Shown here in pieces: positions 44,757-54,368 of a stretch of 64,000 bases of DNA (within the stretch, counting starts at the first letter, position 1; the number at the start of each line of letters is the position of its first letter). The stretch comes from Candidatus Fervidibacter sinensis. GTDB taxonomy: Bacteria; Armatimonadota; Fervidibacteria; Fervidibacterales; Fervidibacteraceae. Location of the stretch: the NCBI GenBank assembly GCA_032161045.1, contig JAVHTH010000010.1; one strand, written 5' to 3'. The notes beneath the pieces are model-generated. The model ran no database searches. It saw only the letters and a program-made list of their open reading frames with translations, and was not told the origin of the DNA. The translations under genes and the position numbers were made by a program.

Positions 44757-45533
44757 ATGTCAAGGGCAATCACACTTGAAGTTGAAATCAAGGACGCCGA
44801 ACTTAGTCGCTACATAGAGGCGAATTTGGAACGGATTTTGCAATTGTTTTCGCCGAGACACATCATCGCTTTCGGTTCAAGGGTAAATGGGACGGCGAAG
44901 GAAGACAGCGATATTGACTTGATTGTCGTTTCCGATGTTTTTGAGGGTATGCCGTTTTTGGAGCGTGCGCGAAGGTTCAACGAGGCAATTTCATGGCATT
45001 TGAGGGTGGATGTTTGGTGTTTGACGGTGAAGGAGTTTGAGCGTTTGAGGAGGCAAATTGGAGTTGTTGCTGATGCTTGTCGGGAGGGAATTTGGATCTT
45101 GAAAGGGGAGTTGTTGCCTGACGAAGAGGTGAGTGGAGTTATGACGATTGAAGAGCAAGTGCAAGTATGGCTCAGGCAAGGCGAAAGGGAATTGGACAGG
45201 GCGAAGAGACTTTTCGCTCAAGATGACTTTGATGGTGCAGCCGTTTTTGCACAGCAGGCAGCGGAGAAGTTTTTGAAAGCCCTTTACATCGCTCGTTTCC
45301 AAGCAATGCCACCGCGAACCCACGACATTCAATTTCTGGCAATTGCTTTAGGTGCTCCCAGTGATTTGGCAGCGATTGGGAGACCGTTGACTGAAGACTA
45401 TTTTCGTGCTCGCTATCCCGATTTAGCAGGTGCTGCACCTTACGAGGTTTTTGATGCTGACATTGCGCAGGAGCGTATAAATCAAGCTGAACAAATTCGC
45501 AATTGGGTAAGGCAACAGTTAGAGCAACCGTAG
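44757..45533 (+). CDS. Fused nucleotidyltransferase (MNT)-HEPN domain protein
   Basis: N-half GSRVNGTAKEDSDIDLIVV (GS...DxD NTase motif). C-half HEPN with AAEKFLKALY...PRTHDIQFL. Confidence 0.75.
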   Translation: MSRAITLEVEIKDAELSRYIEANLERILQLFSPRHIIAFGSRVNGTAKEDSDIDLIVVSDVFEGMPFLERARRFNEAISWHLRVDVWCLTVKEFERLRRQIGVVADACREGIWILKGELLPDEEVSGVMTIEEQVQVWLRQGERELDRAKRLFAQDDFDGAAVFAQQAAEKFLKALYIARFQAMPPRTHDIQFLAIALGAPSDLAAIGRPLTEDYFRARYPDLAGAAPYEVFDADIAQERINQAEQIRNWVRQQLEQP

Positions 45534-45552
45534 GGGCACATGAAATGCGCCC
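45530..45552 (+). repeat. Single GTAG-headed REP; its TAG is the MNT-HEPN stop codon
   Basis: GTAG+GGGCACAT-GAA-ATGCGCCC. Confidence 0.65.
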
Positions 45553-45593
45553 GACTTTGAAGTTCAACACTAATTGGAAGGAAGGTGCAAGAG

Positions 45594-46847
45594 ATGGCAG
45601 CGGAAGTGACGACGGCAACGAAAGTGGCGGTTCGGGAAGTTTACCTTGACTACAACGCCACAACGCCCGTTGACCCTGAAGTTCGCGATGCCGTGCTGCC
45701 ATTTTTGAGCGATGAATTTGGCAATCCTTCAAGTGTCCATCCGCTGGGACGGCGGGCACGGAAGGCAGTTGAATACGCTCGGGAGCAAGTTGCTCGGTTG
45801 TTGAACGCTTCTGACCCATCCGAAATCGTTTTCACCAGTGGGGCAACTGAAGCCAACAACATGGCAATTTTGGGAGCAACGCTACTTGCAGGTCACAAAA
45901 GCGGACACATCATAACGACCCAAATTGAACACCCATGCGTTTTAGGCGTTTGCAAATTTTTGGAACAACAAGGCTTCCGAGTGACCTACTTGCCCGTTGA
46001 CCGTCAATGTCGCGTTGACCCAGAGAGCGTTTTGGATGCCTTGACAGATGACACGCTCATTGTCTCCATCATGTTAGCGAATAACGAGACGGGGACAATT
46101 CAACCCGTCGCTGAAATAGCGAAGTTGGTCAAATCAAAGCGACCTAATGTTTTGGTCCACACTGACGCAGTGCAAGCCATAGCAAAAGTTCCCGTTGATG
46201 TTCAATCATTGGGGGTTGATTTGCTCGCTTTATCTGCTCACAAATTTTACGGACCGAAGGGCATAGGTGCACTTTACATTCGTAAAGGCGTTGAAATTGC
46301 ACCATTGCTGAGAGGTGGTCATCAAGAGCATGGGCTAAGGGCTGGGACGGAAAATGTGGCGGGCATCGTTGGACTTGGTAAAGCCGCCGAAATTGCAATG
46401 AGGGACTTTGAGGTTGTGACAAATCACCTTTGGAACTTGCGCAAGCGGTTTTTGCGACTGCTTGACGAGTTGCCCATGACAAGGCTTAACGGTCACCGCG
46501 AACACACTTTGCCTTCAACGGCAAATGTTTGCCTACTCGGTGCAGACGCTTTGGCTGTTCAAGCGAACTTAGGGCAACGAGGAGTTTGCGTTTCCGTCGG
46601 GTCGGCATGCTCTTCGGGTTCATTGAAACCTTCCCATGTTTTGCGGGCGATGGGGCTGAGCGAAATGGCTGCGTTTTGCTCCGTTCGTTTTTCGTGGGGC
46701 AAGTTCACGACAGAGGAAGAAATTGACTTTGCGGTTGAGCAAACGAAAGAAGTCGTTACGATTCTTCGCGAAATCACGCTGCCAGAAGAAATCGGCATCT
46801 GCGACGAGAATTGCCCTTGCTTCTTTGAGGGGGCAGGGATTGCGTGA
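45594..46847 (+). CDS. Cysteine desulfurase (NifS/IscS family)
   Basis: LDYNATTP, SAHKFYGPKGIGALY (PLP lysine), SVGSACSSG (active Cys). Confidence 0.9.
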   Translation: MAAEVTTATKVAVREVYLDYNATTPVDPEVRDAVLPFLSDEFGNPSSVHPLGRRARKAVEYAREQVARLLNASDPSEIVFTSGATEANNMAILGATLLAGHKSGHIITTQIEHPCVLGVCKFLEQQGFRVTYLPVDRQCRVDPESVLDALTDDTLIVSIMLANNETGTIQPVAEIAKLVKSKRPNVLVHTDAVQAIAKVPVDVQSLGVDLLALSAHKFYGPKGIGALYIRKGVEIAPLLRGGHQEHGLRAGTENVAGIVGLGKAAEIAMRDFEVVTNHLWNLRKRFLRLLDELPMTRLNGHREHTLPSTANVCLLGADALAVQANLGQRGVCVSVGSACSSGSLKPSHVLRAMGLSEMAAFCSVRFSWGKFTTEEEIDFAVEQTKEVVTILREITLPEEIGICDENCPCFFEGAGIA

Positions 46848-46861
46848 AGGGGTGATAATTC

Positions 46862-47080
46862 ATGAGCACCACATTGGAGGAATTGGTTAAACGGCTTGAG
46901 AAACTGGAATCAGAAATTGCGTCATTGAAGGGAATGCGCGGGATTCAAACGGTTGACGAGAAGCAACGCAGAGAGGTGGGAGAAGCAATCTTGAAGTTAG
47001 GCGAGCAAATAGGAATGAAATTGCGGGGGAGTAATGTCTCACTAAGTGACATCGTTCTGCAAAACCGTGCTGAGTGGTGA
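46862..47080 (+). CDS. Putative antitoxin partner of the downstream PIN toxin
   Basis: 72-aa ORF ending 6 nt before the PIN gene. Assigned by position only. Confidence 0.45.
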   Translation: MSTTLEELVKRLEKLESEIASLKGMRGIQTVDEKQRREVGEAILKLGEQIGMKLRGSNVSLSDIVLQNRAEW

Positions 47081-47086
47081 GTTTAA

Positions 47087-47524
47087 ATGGCAAAAGTGGT
47101 GGTCAATGCCAGCGTTTCTGTCAAGTGGTTTAACACAAGTGAGCCATACTCGCAGCAAGCAAGTGCTATGTTACGCGACTTCCTTGACGGTCATATTGAA
47201 ATGCATGTCCCCGAACTTTGGTTTTACGAGATGGCACAAGCCATCAGTAAAGCCATTAACAGGGGGCTCTTGACTGAGTCCGAAGGCGCATCGGCTGTAA
47301 CGCTTATTAGTCGTTTGGGGCTGATAGTTCATCTCAACCCTTCTTGGCAACTTGCCTTTGCTTTCGCCAGGCAAAATCGCATTCAGGTTTACGATGCGGT
47401 TTATGTTTTGCTTGCTGGGGAACTTGGCTGCGATTTGTGGACAGCGGATGAACGGCTTGTGCGAAGCATAGGAGGCGCTTATCCCTTCGTTCGGTTCATT
47501 GCTGATTATGGCTTGAGGAGTTGA
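47087..47524 (+). CDS. vapC: PIN-domain toxin (VapC family)
   Basis: N-terminal VVNASV, central E, VYDAVYVLLA and TADERL acidic-residue pattern of PIN domains. Confidence 0.75.
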   Translation: MAKVVVNASVSVKWFNTSEPYSQQASAMLRDFLDGHIEMHVPELWFYEMAQAISKAINRGLLTESEGASAVTLISRLGLIVHLNPSWQLAFAFARQNRIQVYDAVYVLLAGELGCDLWTADERLVRSIGGAYPFVRFIADYGLRS

Positions 47525-47531
47525 ATGTGAG

Positions 47532-47801
47532 ATGAACAAAGTTGAGATCTTGATCATTGAAGCGCTTGAACCTTGCGAACAATGTCGGCGCGCAAAGGAA
47601 ATCGCCAACGATTTGGCTCAGAAGTATGAAGGCGTGAGTGTTCGGGTCATAAAAGTGCTTGACCCTGAAGCGGACAAGTATGGTGTCGTGATGACGCCGA
47701 CGGTCGTGGTCAATGGCGTCATAATTTCGGTTCGGAGAGCGCCCGACCCCGAAAGGTTGGAGCGCTTCATCAAAAACCAGTTGGGAGGTGTCGCGCAATG
47801 A
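47532..47801 (+). CDS. Small thioredoxin-fold protein (CxxC)
   Basis: CEQC motif early, TPTVVVNG cis-Pro region, 89 aa. Confidence 0.6.
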   Translation: MNKVEILIIEALEPCEQCRRAKEIANDLAQKYEGVSVRVIKVLDPEADKYGVVMTPTVVVNGVIISVRRAPDPERLERFIKNQLGGVAQ

Positions 47802-48760
47802 AGCGCTCGTCAATAGGATTCATCGTCTTTCTGGTCGTTGCGATTGGTATCATTTACGGCTTGTCCAAATTAACTTCCCGCAAGGAAGGGACGGAAACAA
47901 GTTCAACAATACCTTCGCAGTTAGCAGAAGCAACGGAAACCGAACAAAGTGGGGATGTTCCCGTTCCGTCAGCGAAGGGAACGATTTACGGACCTCAAGA
48001 TGCAAAGGTGAAAGTTGTGGCTATACTCCCACCTTCAGGTTGTCAGATGCCCAACCTGAGGATCCTTAGGGAAATTGCGAGGGCGGAGCCGAAACGAGTT
48101 CGTGTTGAAATCTATGGCATGGGGTCGGAGAAAGCACAAGAAGTTGCAAGGCAATATGGCGCTTCCTGCGCATCAATTTTCATCAACGGCAAAAACGCGT
48201 TCACTGTCAAAACTGGCGGCAAGGTGAGGAATGTCGTTTTCAAGCAATCGCCGGGTGGATATTACCAATCCACAGACTTGATTGAAGTCATTCACGAGGA
48301 GTTACAGAAAGCCTATGGCGAAGGCTTCAGTGAAAAGACCCTGAACGAATTAAGGGACAAAGGGAGAAAATTTGGTGGACATGGCGGCGAAGAGGTCGTG
48401 GAAAGCCAGAAGCAGGCTAAAGTGGTCGTTGAAGTTTTGACGCCGTCACAAAAAGCGCCCATTTACCCCCTTTTCTCAAACGCGGTTAAAAAGTTGGAGC
48501 AGTTGAAGGAAAAATATGGGAACGACTTGGCTGTCACTGTCTACTCCCTGATGACGGAAGAGGGACAGCAAAGAATGCGAGAGTTGAAACTCAACGGTCC
48601 AGCAATTGTCATCAATGGAAAGACTGCTCACGAGATACAGGGACAAGGAGGCAAGAGAAGGACAATTATCACGGGATACAGTGGCGGCACTCCGCTTTTC
48701 TCAATAAGCGACATAGAAGAAATTGTCAAGGCTTACATGCAACAGGCAAAGAAAAAGTAA
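47798..48760 (+). CDS. Membrane-anchored protein with two thioredoxin-like repeats, unknown function
   Basis: N-terminal TM helix. Two internally similar segments ending ...IFINGKNAF and ...IVINGKTAH. ATGA overlap with the previous gene. Confidence 0.45.
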   Translation: MKRSSIGFIVFLVVAIGIIYGLSKLTSRKEGTETSSTIPSQLAEATETEQSGDVPVPSAKGTIYGPQDAKVKVVAILPPSGCQMPNLRILREIARAEPKRVRVEIYGMGSEKAQEVARQYGASCASIFINGKNAFTVKTGGKVRNVVFKQSPGGYYQSTDLIEVIHEELQKAYGEGFSEKTLNELRDKGRKFGGHGGEEVVESQKQAKVVVEVLTPSQKAPIYPLFSNAVKKLEQLKEKYGNDLAVTVYSLMTEEGQQRMRELKLNGPAIVINGKTAHEIQGQGGKRRTIITGYSGGTPLFSISDIEEIVKAYMQQAKKK

Positions 48761-48802
48761 CGCAAGACTCACTTGCTCATCGGATGAGTTGGCGGTGGGA
48801 AG

Positions 48803-51277
48803 ATGGGTTCCTTAAGCCTTCAAAGCATCAGTAAAAGTTTCGGCGGGATTCAAGCGCTCAAGGGCGTTGATTTGGAACTGAGAAGCGGAGAAATCCATGC
48901 TTTGGTTGGAGAGAATGGGGCGGGCAAGTCCACGCTGATTAAAATTGCAGGTGGTGTATTCCCGCCTGATGAAGGCTCTATCCTAATTGACGGCAAGCAA
49001 GTCCGCTTCTCCGACCCAAGAGATGCTCAACTTCACGGCATTGTCGTCATACACCAAACCCCAAACCTTTGTCAACACCTTTCCGTCGCCGAAAACATTT
49101 TGCTCGGGCACTTGCCAACTCAATGCGGCATCGTTCAATGGAAGAAAGCGTTTCAAATGGCTTCCGAGTTAGTGGCGCAGTTAGGTGTTTCATTGCCGCT
49201 AAACGAACCTGTCAGAAATTTGTCCGCATCGCAGCAACAACTTGTCGCACTCGCTCGTGCCCTGTCCCTTCAAGCGAAATGGCTCATTTTGGATGAGCCT
49301 ACCGCTTCTTTATCTCACTCCGAGGTTGAGAGGCTCTTCTCACTCCTTCGCCAACTTAAGGTTCAAGGTGTTGGGATTCTTTTCGTCAGCCACCGCTTGG
49401 AAGAGGTTTTGGAAATTAGTGACCGCATCACGGTTTTGAGAGATGGCGAGAAAGTTGCAACAATTCCAACTGACAATGCGACCCGTGAGAGGCTCATTGA
49501 GTTGATGGTCGGAAAAACACCTGCGCCAGTCGCACAAGAGAAGGGCTCTTTGGAAAGAATCGGGTTGGGAGAGGTCGTCCCGCTCCTTCAACTGCAAAAT
49601 GTGTCTGTTGACGGTTTCGTAAAAGGAGTGAACTTGACAATTCACAAGGGCGAGGTTGTCGGTTTGTTTGGCTTGGTCGGTGCAGGCAGGAGTGAATTGG
49701 CACAAGCGATCGTCGGGTTAAGGAGAATTGATGGCGGGCGAGTGTTTTGGAAGGGAAAGCAAGTTCGTTTTCGCACGCTGAAAGAAGCGTTGCGTGCAGG
49801 CATCGCTTACTTGCCCGAAGACCGACTACAGCAAAGTTTGCTCCAATCAAGAAGCATACGCGAAAACATTGGGTTGCCGAATCTGGCTCAATTCAGTCGT
49901 TGCGGTGTCATTGACGAACAGGTTGAAAGGGAAGCGGCGCAAAAGCAAGCAGAAAACTTGAGGGTCAAAATGGCGACTGTGGAGCAACCGGCGCGCGAAC
50001 TTTCTGGCGGCAACCAACAGAAAGTGGCGCTGGCAAAGTGGCTATTGACAAATCCTGAGTTGTTGATTTTGGATGAACCAACTCACGGGATTGATGTCGC
50101 GACGAAAGCCGAAATTCACAGGCTAATCCTTGAGTGGAAACAAAGGGGCAAAACCATTTTGCTCATTTCAAGCGAACTTGAAGAGTTGCAGCGACTTTGT
50201 GACCGAATTGTCGTGATGAGGCAGGGCGAAATTGTCGGTGAGTTTAAACCCAGTGCACCACAGGCTCAAATCTTGGAAGCAGCGTTCAAGCAATTTGACC
50301 GAAGGACCGGAAGGTTAACTGAGAGACAGCCAAAACGGTGGGCAAGTTTAGGGCGAATTTTTTCGCGCGAATTCAGTTTGCTTTTGTTCATTGGGTTGGT
50401 CGCAATTTCGGTCGGTTTGAAGAACCCTGCTTTCATCACCGCCGAACACTGGCTCACTCTCGTTCAAGAAAGCGCTCCGATGCTTATCGGGGCAGTCGCA
50501 ATTGCTATGGTCATTCTGTCCGGAAACTTGGATTTGTCCGTCGGCTCGGTTCTCGGCGCGTGCGCTATGGCTGCAGGTCACGCTGCAAAGGCGGAAGTTC
50601 CCTTGCCATTCGTTGTTTTGATCGCTTTGGGCTTGGGCGCAGCAATAGGAATTGTCAATGGTTCGCTCGTCACGAAACTTTCAATTCCGTCCATCATTGT
50701 CACTTTGGGGATGATGGGCATAGTTCGTGGGACGATGATTGTTTTGACGAAAGGTTACTGGGTCATCGGATTGCCCGAAAGTTTCCGCTGGATTGGGACG
50801 GGCAAAATTCTTGGTGTCCCGGTCCCAATTTGGATTGCGATGGTAACTTTGATGCTGGGTTGGTTCCTGCTTAGTCGGACGAGATGGGGGCGAGACCTTT
50901 ACGCAATAGGGAACAATCCAGAAGCAGCAAGGCTCGCCGGCATCCCTGTGAGGAGGCGAATTTTCAGCGTCTTCTTAGTTTGCGGGACACTTATCGGTTT
51001 GGCGTCGCTTGTCTACGCAGCCCGCTTCCCAGTAGTTCAATCCGAAACGGGTAAAGGCTTTGAATTGGATGTCATCACCGCAGCGGTTTTCGGGGGCGTG
51101 AACATTTTCGGCGGCTCAGGTTCAGTCATCGGCGCTGCTCTGGGAGCATTTGCAGTCACAGTTCTCCACTCAGCGCTAACATTCATGCAACTGGCGGGAG
51201 AATGGGACAAGTTTGCACTTGGCGGATTAATCTTGCTGAGCATCGTCATAGATTCAATCCGGCAGAGGCGACAGTAG
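48803..51277 (+). CDS. Fused sugar-type (CUT2-like) ABC transporter: tandem ATPase domains plus a permease domain
   Basis: Two Walker A / signature / Walker B sets (GENGAGKST...LILDEP; GLVGAGRSE...LSGGNQQK...LILDEP), followed without a stop by about 320 aa of multi-helix permease sequence. Confidence 0.8.
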   Translation: MGSLSLQSISKSFGGIQALKGVDLELRSGEIHALVGENGAGKSTLIKIAGGVFPPDEGSILIDGKQVRFSDPRDAQLHGIVVIHQTPNLCQHLSVAENILLGHLPTQCGIVQWKKAFQMASELVAQLGVSLPLNEPVRNLSASQQQLVALARALSLQAKWLILDEPTASLSHSEVERLFSLLRQLKVQGVGILFVSHRLEEVLEISDRITVLRDGEKVATIPTDNATRERLIELMVGKTPAPVAQEKGSLERIGLGEVVPLLQLQNVSVDGFVKGVNLTIHKGEVVGLFGLVGAGRSELAQAIVGLRRIDGGRVFWKGKQVRFRTLKEALRAGIAYLPEDRLQQSLLQSRSIRENIGLPNLAQFSRCGVIDEQVEREAAQKQAENLRVKMATVEQPARELSGGNQQKVALAKWLLTNPELLILDEPTHGIDVATKAEIHRLILEWKQRGKTILLISSELEELQRLCDRIVVMRQGEIVGEFKPSAPQAQILEAAFKQFDRRTGRLTERQPKRWASLGRIFSREFSLLLFIGLVAISVGLKNPAFITAEHWLTLVQESAPMLIGAVAIAMVILSGNLDLSVGSVLGACAMAAGHAAKAEVPLPFVVLIALGLGAAIGIVNGSLVTKLSIPSIIVTLGMMGIVRGTMIVLTKGYWVIGLPESFRWIGTGKILGVPVPIWIAMVTLMLGWFLLSRTRWGRDLYAIGNNPEAARLAGIPVRRRIFSVFLVCGTLIGLASLVYAARFPVVQSETGKGFELDVITAAVFGGVNIFGGSGSVIGAALGAFAVTVLHSALTFMQLAGEWDKFALGGLILLSIVIDSIRQRRQ

Positions 51278-51287
51278 GTGAGAGACT

Positions 51288-51806
51288 ATGCCTGAGAAAC
51301 TGACACCGGAACAATGCAAGCGTGAGGTTTTGAGATACTTGCCGCAACGGTTTGGAATTCCCGTTGAAGTCCTTGACAGATACAACTACATTTGGAGCGG
51401 CGGGGCAATTTGGATGACAAGTGTGCCCTTAGAACTTTTGCCAACTCACAGGGCTGTTCAGCGTGTCGGGTTGCGAGCGCTCAGAAAAGTCCCGCAAGGT
51501 TGGAAACCGACAACACCGCTCTTGCAATTCTTTGACCGCTACATTACTCGGAACAGGGTTTCTTTGACGCAAGAGCAATGGAAGCAACTTTTGAGCGGAC
51601 AGGCGATTGACTGTTTGAAGGAAGGAATCTTGACCGACCAACTTTCACCGGGCTACATTGCCCTTGAACTTGACGGAGTTATAGTCGGCTGTGGGTTCTT
51701 TAACGGTCGCTTTCTCAACCACCAATTGTCAAAAGTAAGGGCTGCGGAACTTGCGGAAATTTTTGGCTTGACAGTTTCCGTTACTGAAGGCAGCGACGAG
51801 GATTGA
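51288..51806 (+). CDS. Hypothetical protein
   Basis: ORF with a good RBS context 10 nt after the ABC gene. No family recognised with confidence. Confidence 0.4.
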   Translation: MPEKLTPEQCKREVLRYLPQRFGIPVEVLDRYNYIWSGGAIWMTSVPLELLPTHRAVQRVGLRALRKVPQGWKPTTPLLQFFDRYITRNRVSLTQEQWKQLLSGQAIDCLKEGILTDQLSPGYIALELDGVIVGCGFFNGRFLNHQLSKVRAAELAEIFGLTVSVTEGSDED

Positions 51807-51809
51807 TAG

Positions 51810-53273
51810 TTGGCAAACGCTGGGGTGAAAATTGCTGTGCTTCGCTTCGTAGAACTTCCGTTCATCAACCCGCTTGAAGCCTACAAGCGACTGCCGCTTG
51901 AAAGTTTCGGGGCAATCGTTTTGCACAGCGGTCATGATCCTTTGCCAGACCATCAATATCCCTTGGCGCGATATTGCTTCTTTGTCGCTAAACCCTTCGC
52001 CCAAATCAAATTCACCATCGGCGACCAATTCGTTCTCGTGTTGTGTAATGGTGAGCGGAAGGTTTGCACTCATCCGTTTTCGGTGATTCGTGAGTTTTGG
52101 ATGGCTATGAGGGAGAAATTGGGATATCTGCCGGATTTGCCCACGCCGTTCCCTTGCGGACTCGTCGGCTATTTGAGTTACGACTTGCGGGTCACTTTGG
52201 AAAAACTCCCGTTTAAGGCAAAGAGGGACTTAAAGATGCCAGACCTTTGGATGGGCGCTTACGGTTTTGCTCTGACATGGGATTTGCGGGAACGAAAACT
52301 TTACGCGACGGCGACGGGTTTACCAGAAGTTGGCAAAGATGCAGACAGACTTGCGTCTCAAAGGTTGGAGCGAGTTATCGCTTGGCTGGAAAGTGAGCCA
52401 AGACATGAGCCACTTCAGAACTTGGTCGCTCAGACGCCATTGTTAACCGACATGACGAAAGACGAGTATTTTGCCGCAGTTGAACGCATCAAAGCCTACA
52501 TTGCTGCGGGTGACATTTACCAAGTCAACTTTGCCCACAGGTTCAGAGCCCCAATTCATGCCGATGCACCTTCACTTTTCTTAAGGCTCTGTCAAGTTAA
52601 CCCTGCTCCTTTCGCTGCCTTTTTGAACTTGGGCAGCGTTTTCGTTCTCTGCAGTTCGCCGGAGAGGTTTTTGCACTTTGACCCAATAACCCGAATTGCC
52701 CACACCAGACCCATCAAGGGGACAAGACCGCGCGGAGGAACCGAAAGCGAGGACGAAAATTTAGCGAAGGATTTGCTTGAAAGTGAAAAGGACAAAGCCG
52801 AGCACATCATGATTGTTGACTTAGAACGAAACGACTTGGGGAAAGTTGCTGAAACTGGCAGCGTTAGAGTCAGCAGACTTTACGCTCTTGAACCCCACCC
52901 GACAGTTTGGCATTTGGTTTCAACGGTTGAGGCGAGAATACCACCGCAAAAAGATGTTGCCGATTTGCTATTTGCTATGTTCCCCGGCGGCTCAATAACG
53001 GGAGCGCCGAAAATTCGCGCGATGGAGATCATTGACGAAGTTGAGCCTGTGGCTCGTGGGATTTACACGGGCAGCATTGGCTATTGGAGTTTTTCGGGGC
53101 ACTGCGATTTCAACATCGTCATCAGGACCGCTGTCTTGACAAATGGGATGGCTTACTTCCACGCAGGCGGTGGCATTGTCGCTGACTCCGACCCTGAGGC
53201 TGAATATGAGGAGACGCTCGCAAAAGCAAAAGGTTTGCTAAAGATGTTGGGATGCGTCACCCACGACTATTGA
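51810..53273 (+). CDS. pabB: Aminodeoxychorismate/anthranilate synthase component I family
   Basis: Chorismate-binding motifs SPERF, RPRG, DLERND, FPGGSITGAPK, RGIYTGSIGY. Confidence 0.8.
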   Translation: MANAGVKIAVLRFVELPFINPLEAYKRLPLESFGAIVLHSGHDPLPDHQYPLARYCFFVAKPFAQIKFTIGDQFVLVLCNGERKVCTHPFSVIREFWMAMREKLGYLPDLPTPFPCGLVGYLSYDLRVTLEKLPFKAKRDLKMPDLWMGAYGFALTWDLRERKLYATATGLPEVGKDADRLASQRLERVIAWLESEPRHEPLQNLVAQTPLLTDMTKDEYFAAVERIKAYIAAGDIYQVNFAHRFRAPIHADAPSLFLRLCQVNPAPFAAFLNLGSVFVLCSSPERFLHFDPITRIAHTRPIKGTRPRGGTESEDENLAKDLLESEKDKAEHIMIVDLERNDLGKVAETGSVRVSRLYALEPHPTVWHLVSTVEARIPPQKDVADLLFAMFPGGSITGAPKIRAMEIIDEVEPVARGIYTGSIGYWSFSGHCDFNIVIRTAVLTNGMAYFHAGGGIVADSDPEAEYEETLAKAKGLLKMLGCVTHDY

Positions 53274-53409
53274 CAAAGATGCAAAGTTGGCTTTTGCCCA
53301 GCACACGAAAAAGTGGACCATATGCCGTTTTTTAGGGTCGGTGTGTTAGCATAAAGTTGGGCGAGTTGGAATTCTCGCCCCAATTCGGGTTTTGAGAGGT
53401 GCTCTGAAC

Positions 53410-54321
53410 ATGAGGAACTTATGGTTCGTTGCGTTGCTTTGTGTTGGGCTCATTTTGGCGGCATTCGCGCAGACCCAGCAAAGTTCGCCCCCGCAGCAGA
53501 CTTTCATTTTGCGTTACAAAGGCAAGCCGGGAGATGTCAACCGATACAAGTCATGGTTTGTCATGAGGATGGTCGGCACCCTTGTCACCCCCGCAGGTCC
53601 ACGAGAGAGGAGAATGGAGTATCAGTCGGAAGCAACTTACCTGCATAAGATTGTGAGCGTCTCTGAAGACGGCACGCTTGAAATTGAGACTACGAAGGAG
53701 AGCGGGAAAGCCAAAATCGGCGATGGCGAGCAAATGGAAGATTTGCCCGATAGACCTTACAGGCGTGTCGTCAAGATGACCAATCGGGGCAAAGTGCTTG
53801 AGTCAAAGGAGTACGAGAACGGTGAGGTGAAAGAGGAAGAAGACGAGGGGACAGAAGAGTCACCAATGGCAAGCCGTCGTTACGACCCAACTCGCTGGCT
53901 TGACAAAATTTACGAAACTGCCGTCCACAACATCGCCTTCCCAGAGCAAGCCGTTAAAGTCGGCGATGTCTGGCAAGAAAAAGTGAGCGAACAGATGACC
54001 CCAAATTGCAAAGTCCCAATCGCTATCACTTCCCGATTCAAAGAGTTGGTCAAACTGAACGGAAGGCTTTGCGCGGTGATCCAGAGCGATGTGGACGCAC
54101 CCTTTGAGGGACAGGACAACATCGGCGAAGTGACGGTAGGTGTGAAAGGACGATTTACAGCAACTATGACGATTTACTTTGACCCTGAACTTGGGGACGA
54201 AGTTCAAGCAATGGACGAAGCAAGGCTCGTTCTTGAAATGACTTTGAGCGCGCCGGGTCGCCCTACCTTGACAATCACCAACAAGATTATCAGCAGGGGC
54301 AAAACTGTCAGGTTGGACTGA
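53410..54321 (+). CDS. Secreted hypothetical protein
   Basis: ATG at 53410 gives the signal peptide MRNLWFVALLCVGLILAAFA. No family recognised. Confidence 0.5.
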   Translation: MRNLWFVALLCVGLILAAFAQTQQSSPPQQTFILRYKGKPGDVNRYKSWFVMRMVGTLVTPAGPRERRMEYQSEATYLHKIVSVSEDGTLEIETTKESGKAKIGDGEQMEDLPDRPYRRVVKMTNRGKVLESKEYENGEVKEEEDEGTEESPMASRRYDPTRWLDKIYETAVHNIAFPEQAVKVGDVWQEKVSEQMTPNCKVPIAITSRFKELVKLNGRLCAVIQSDVDAPFEGQDNIGEVTVGVKGRFTATMTIYFDPELGDEVQAMDEARLVLEMTLSAPGRPTLTITNKIISRGKTVRLD

Positions 54322-54368
54322 GCAACTCACATTTGGATTCATGCACCATAGAAAGGAGCGGAGGCGCT

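Noticed and set aside
44648-45552. Integron-like gene cassette (a gene bracketed by palindromic sites)
   Set aside because: The flanking palindromes have GTAG heads rather than a GTTRRRY core. No integrase or attI is present, and the elements match the dispersed REP family.
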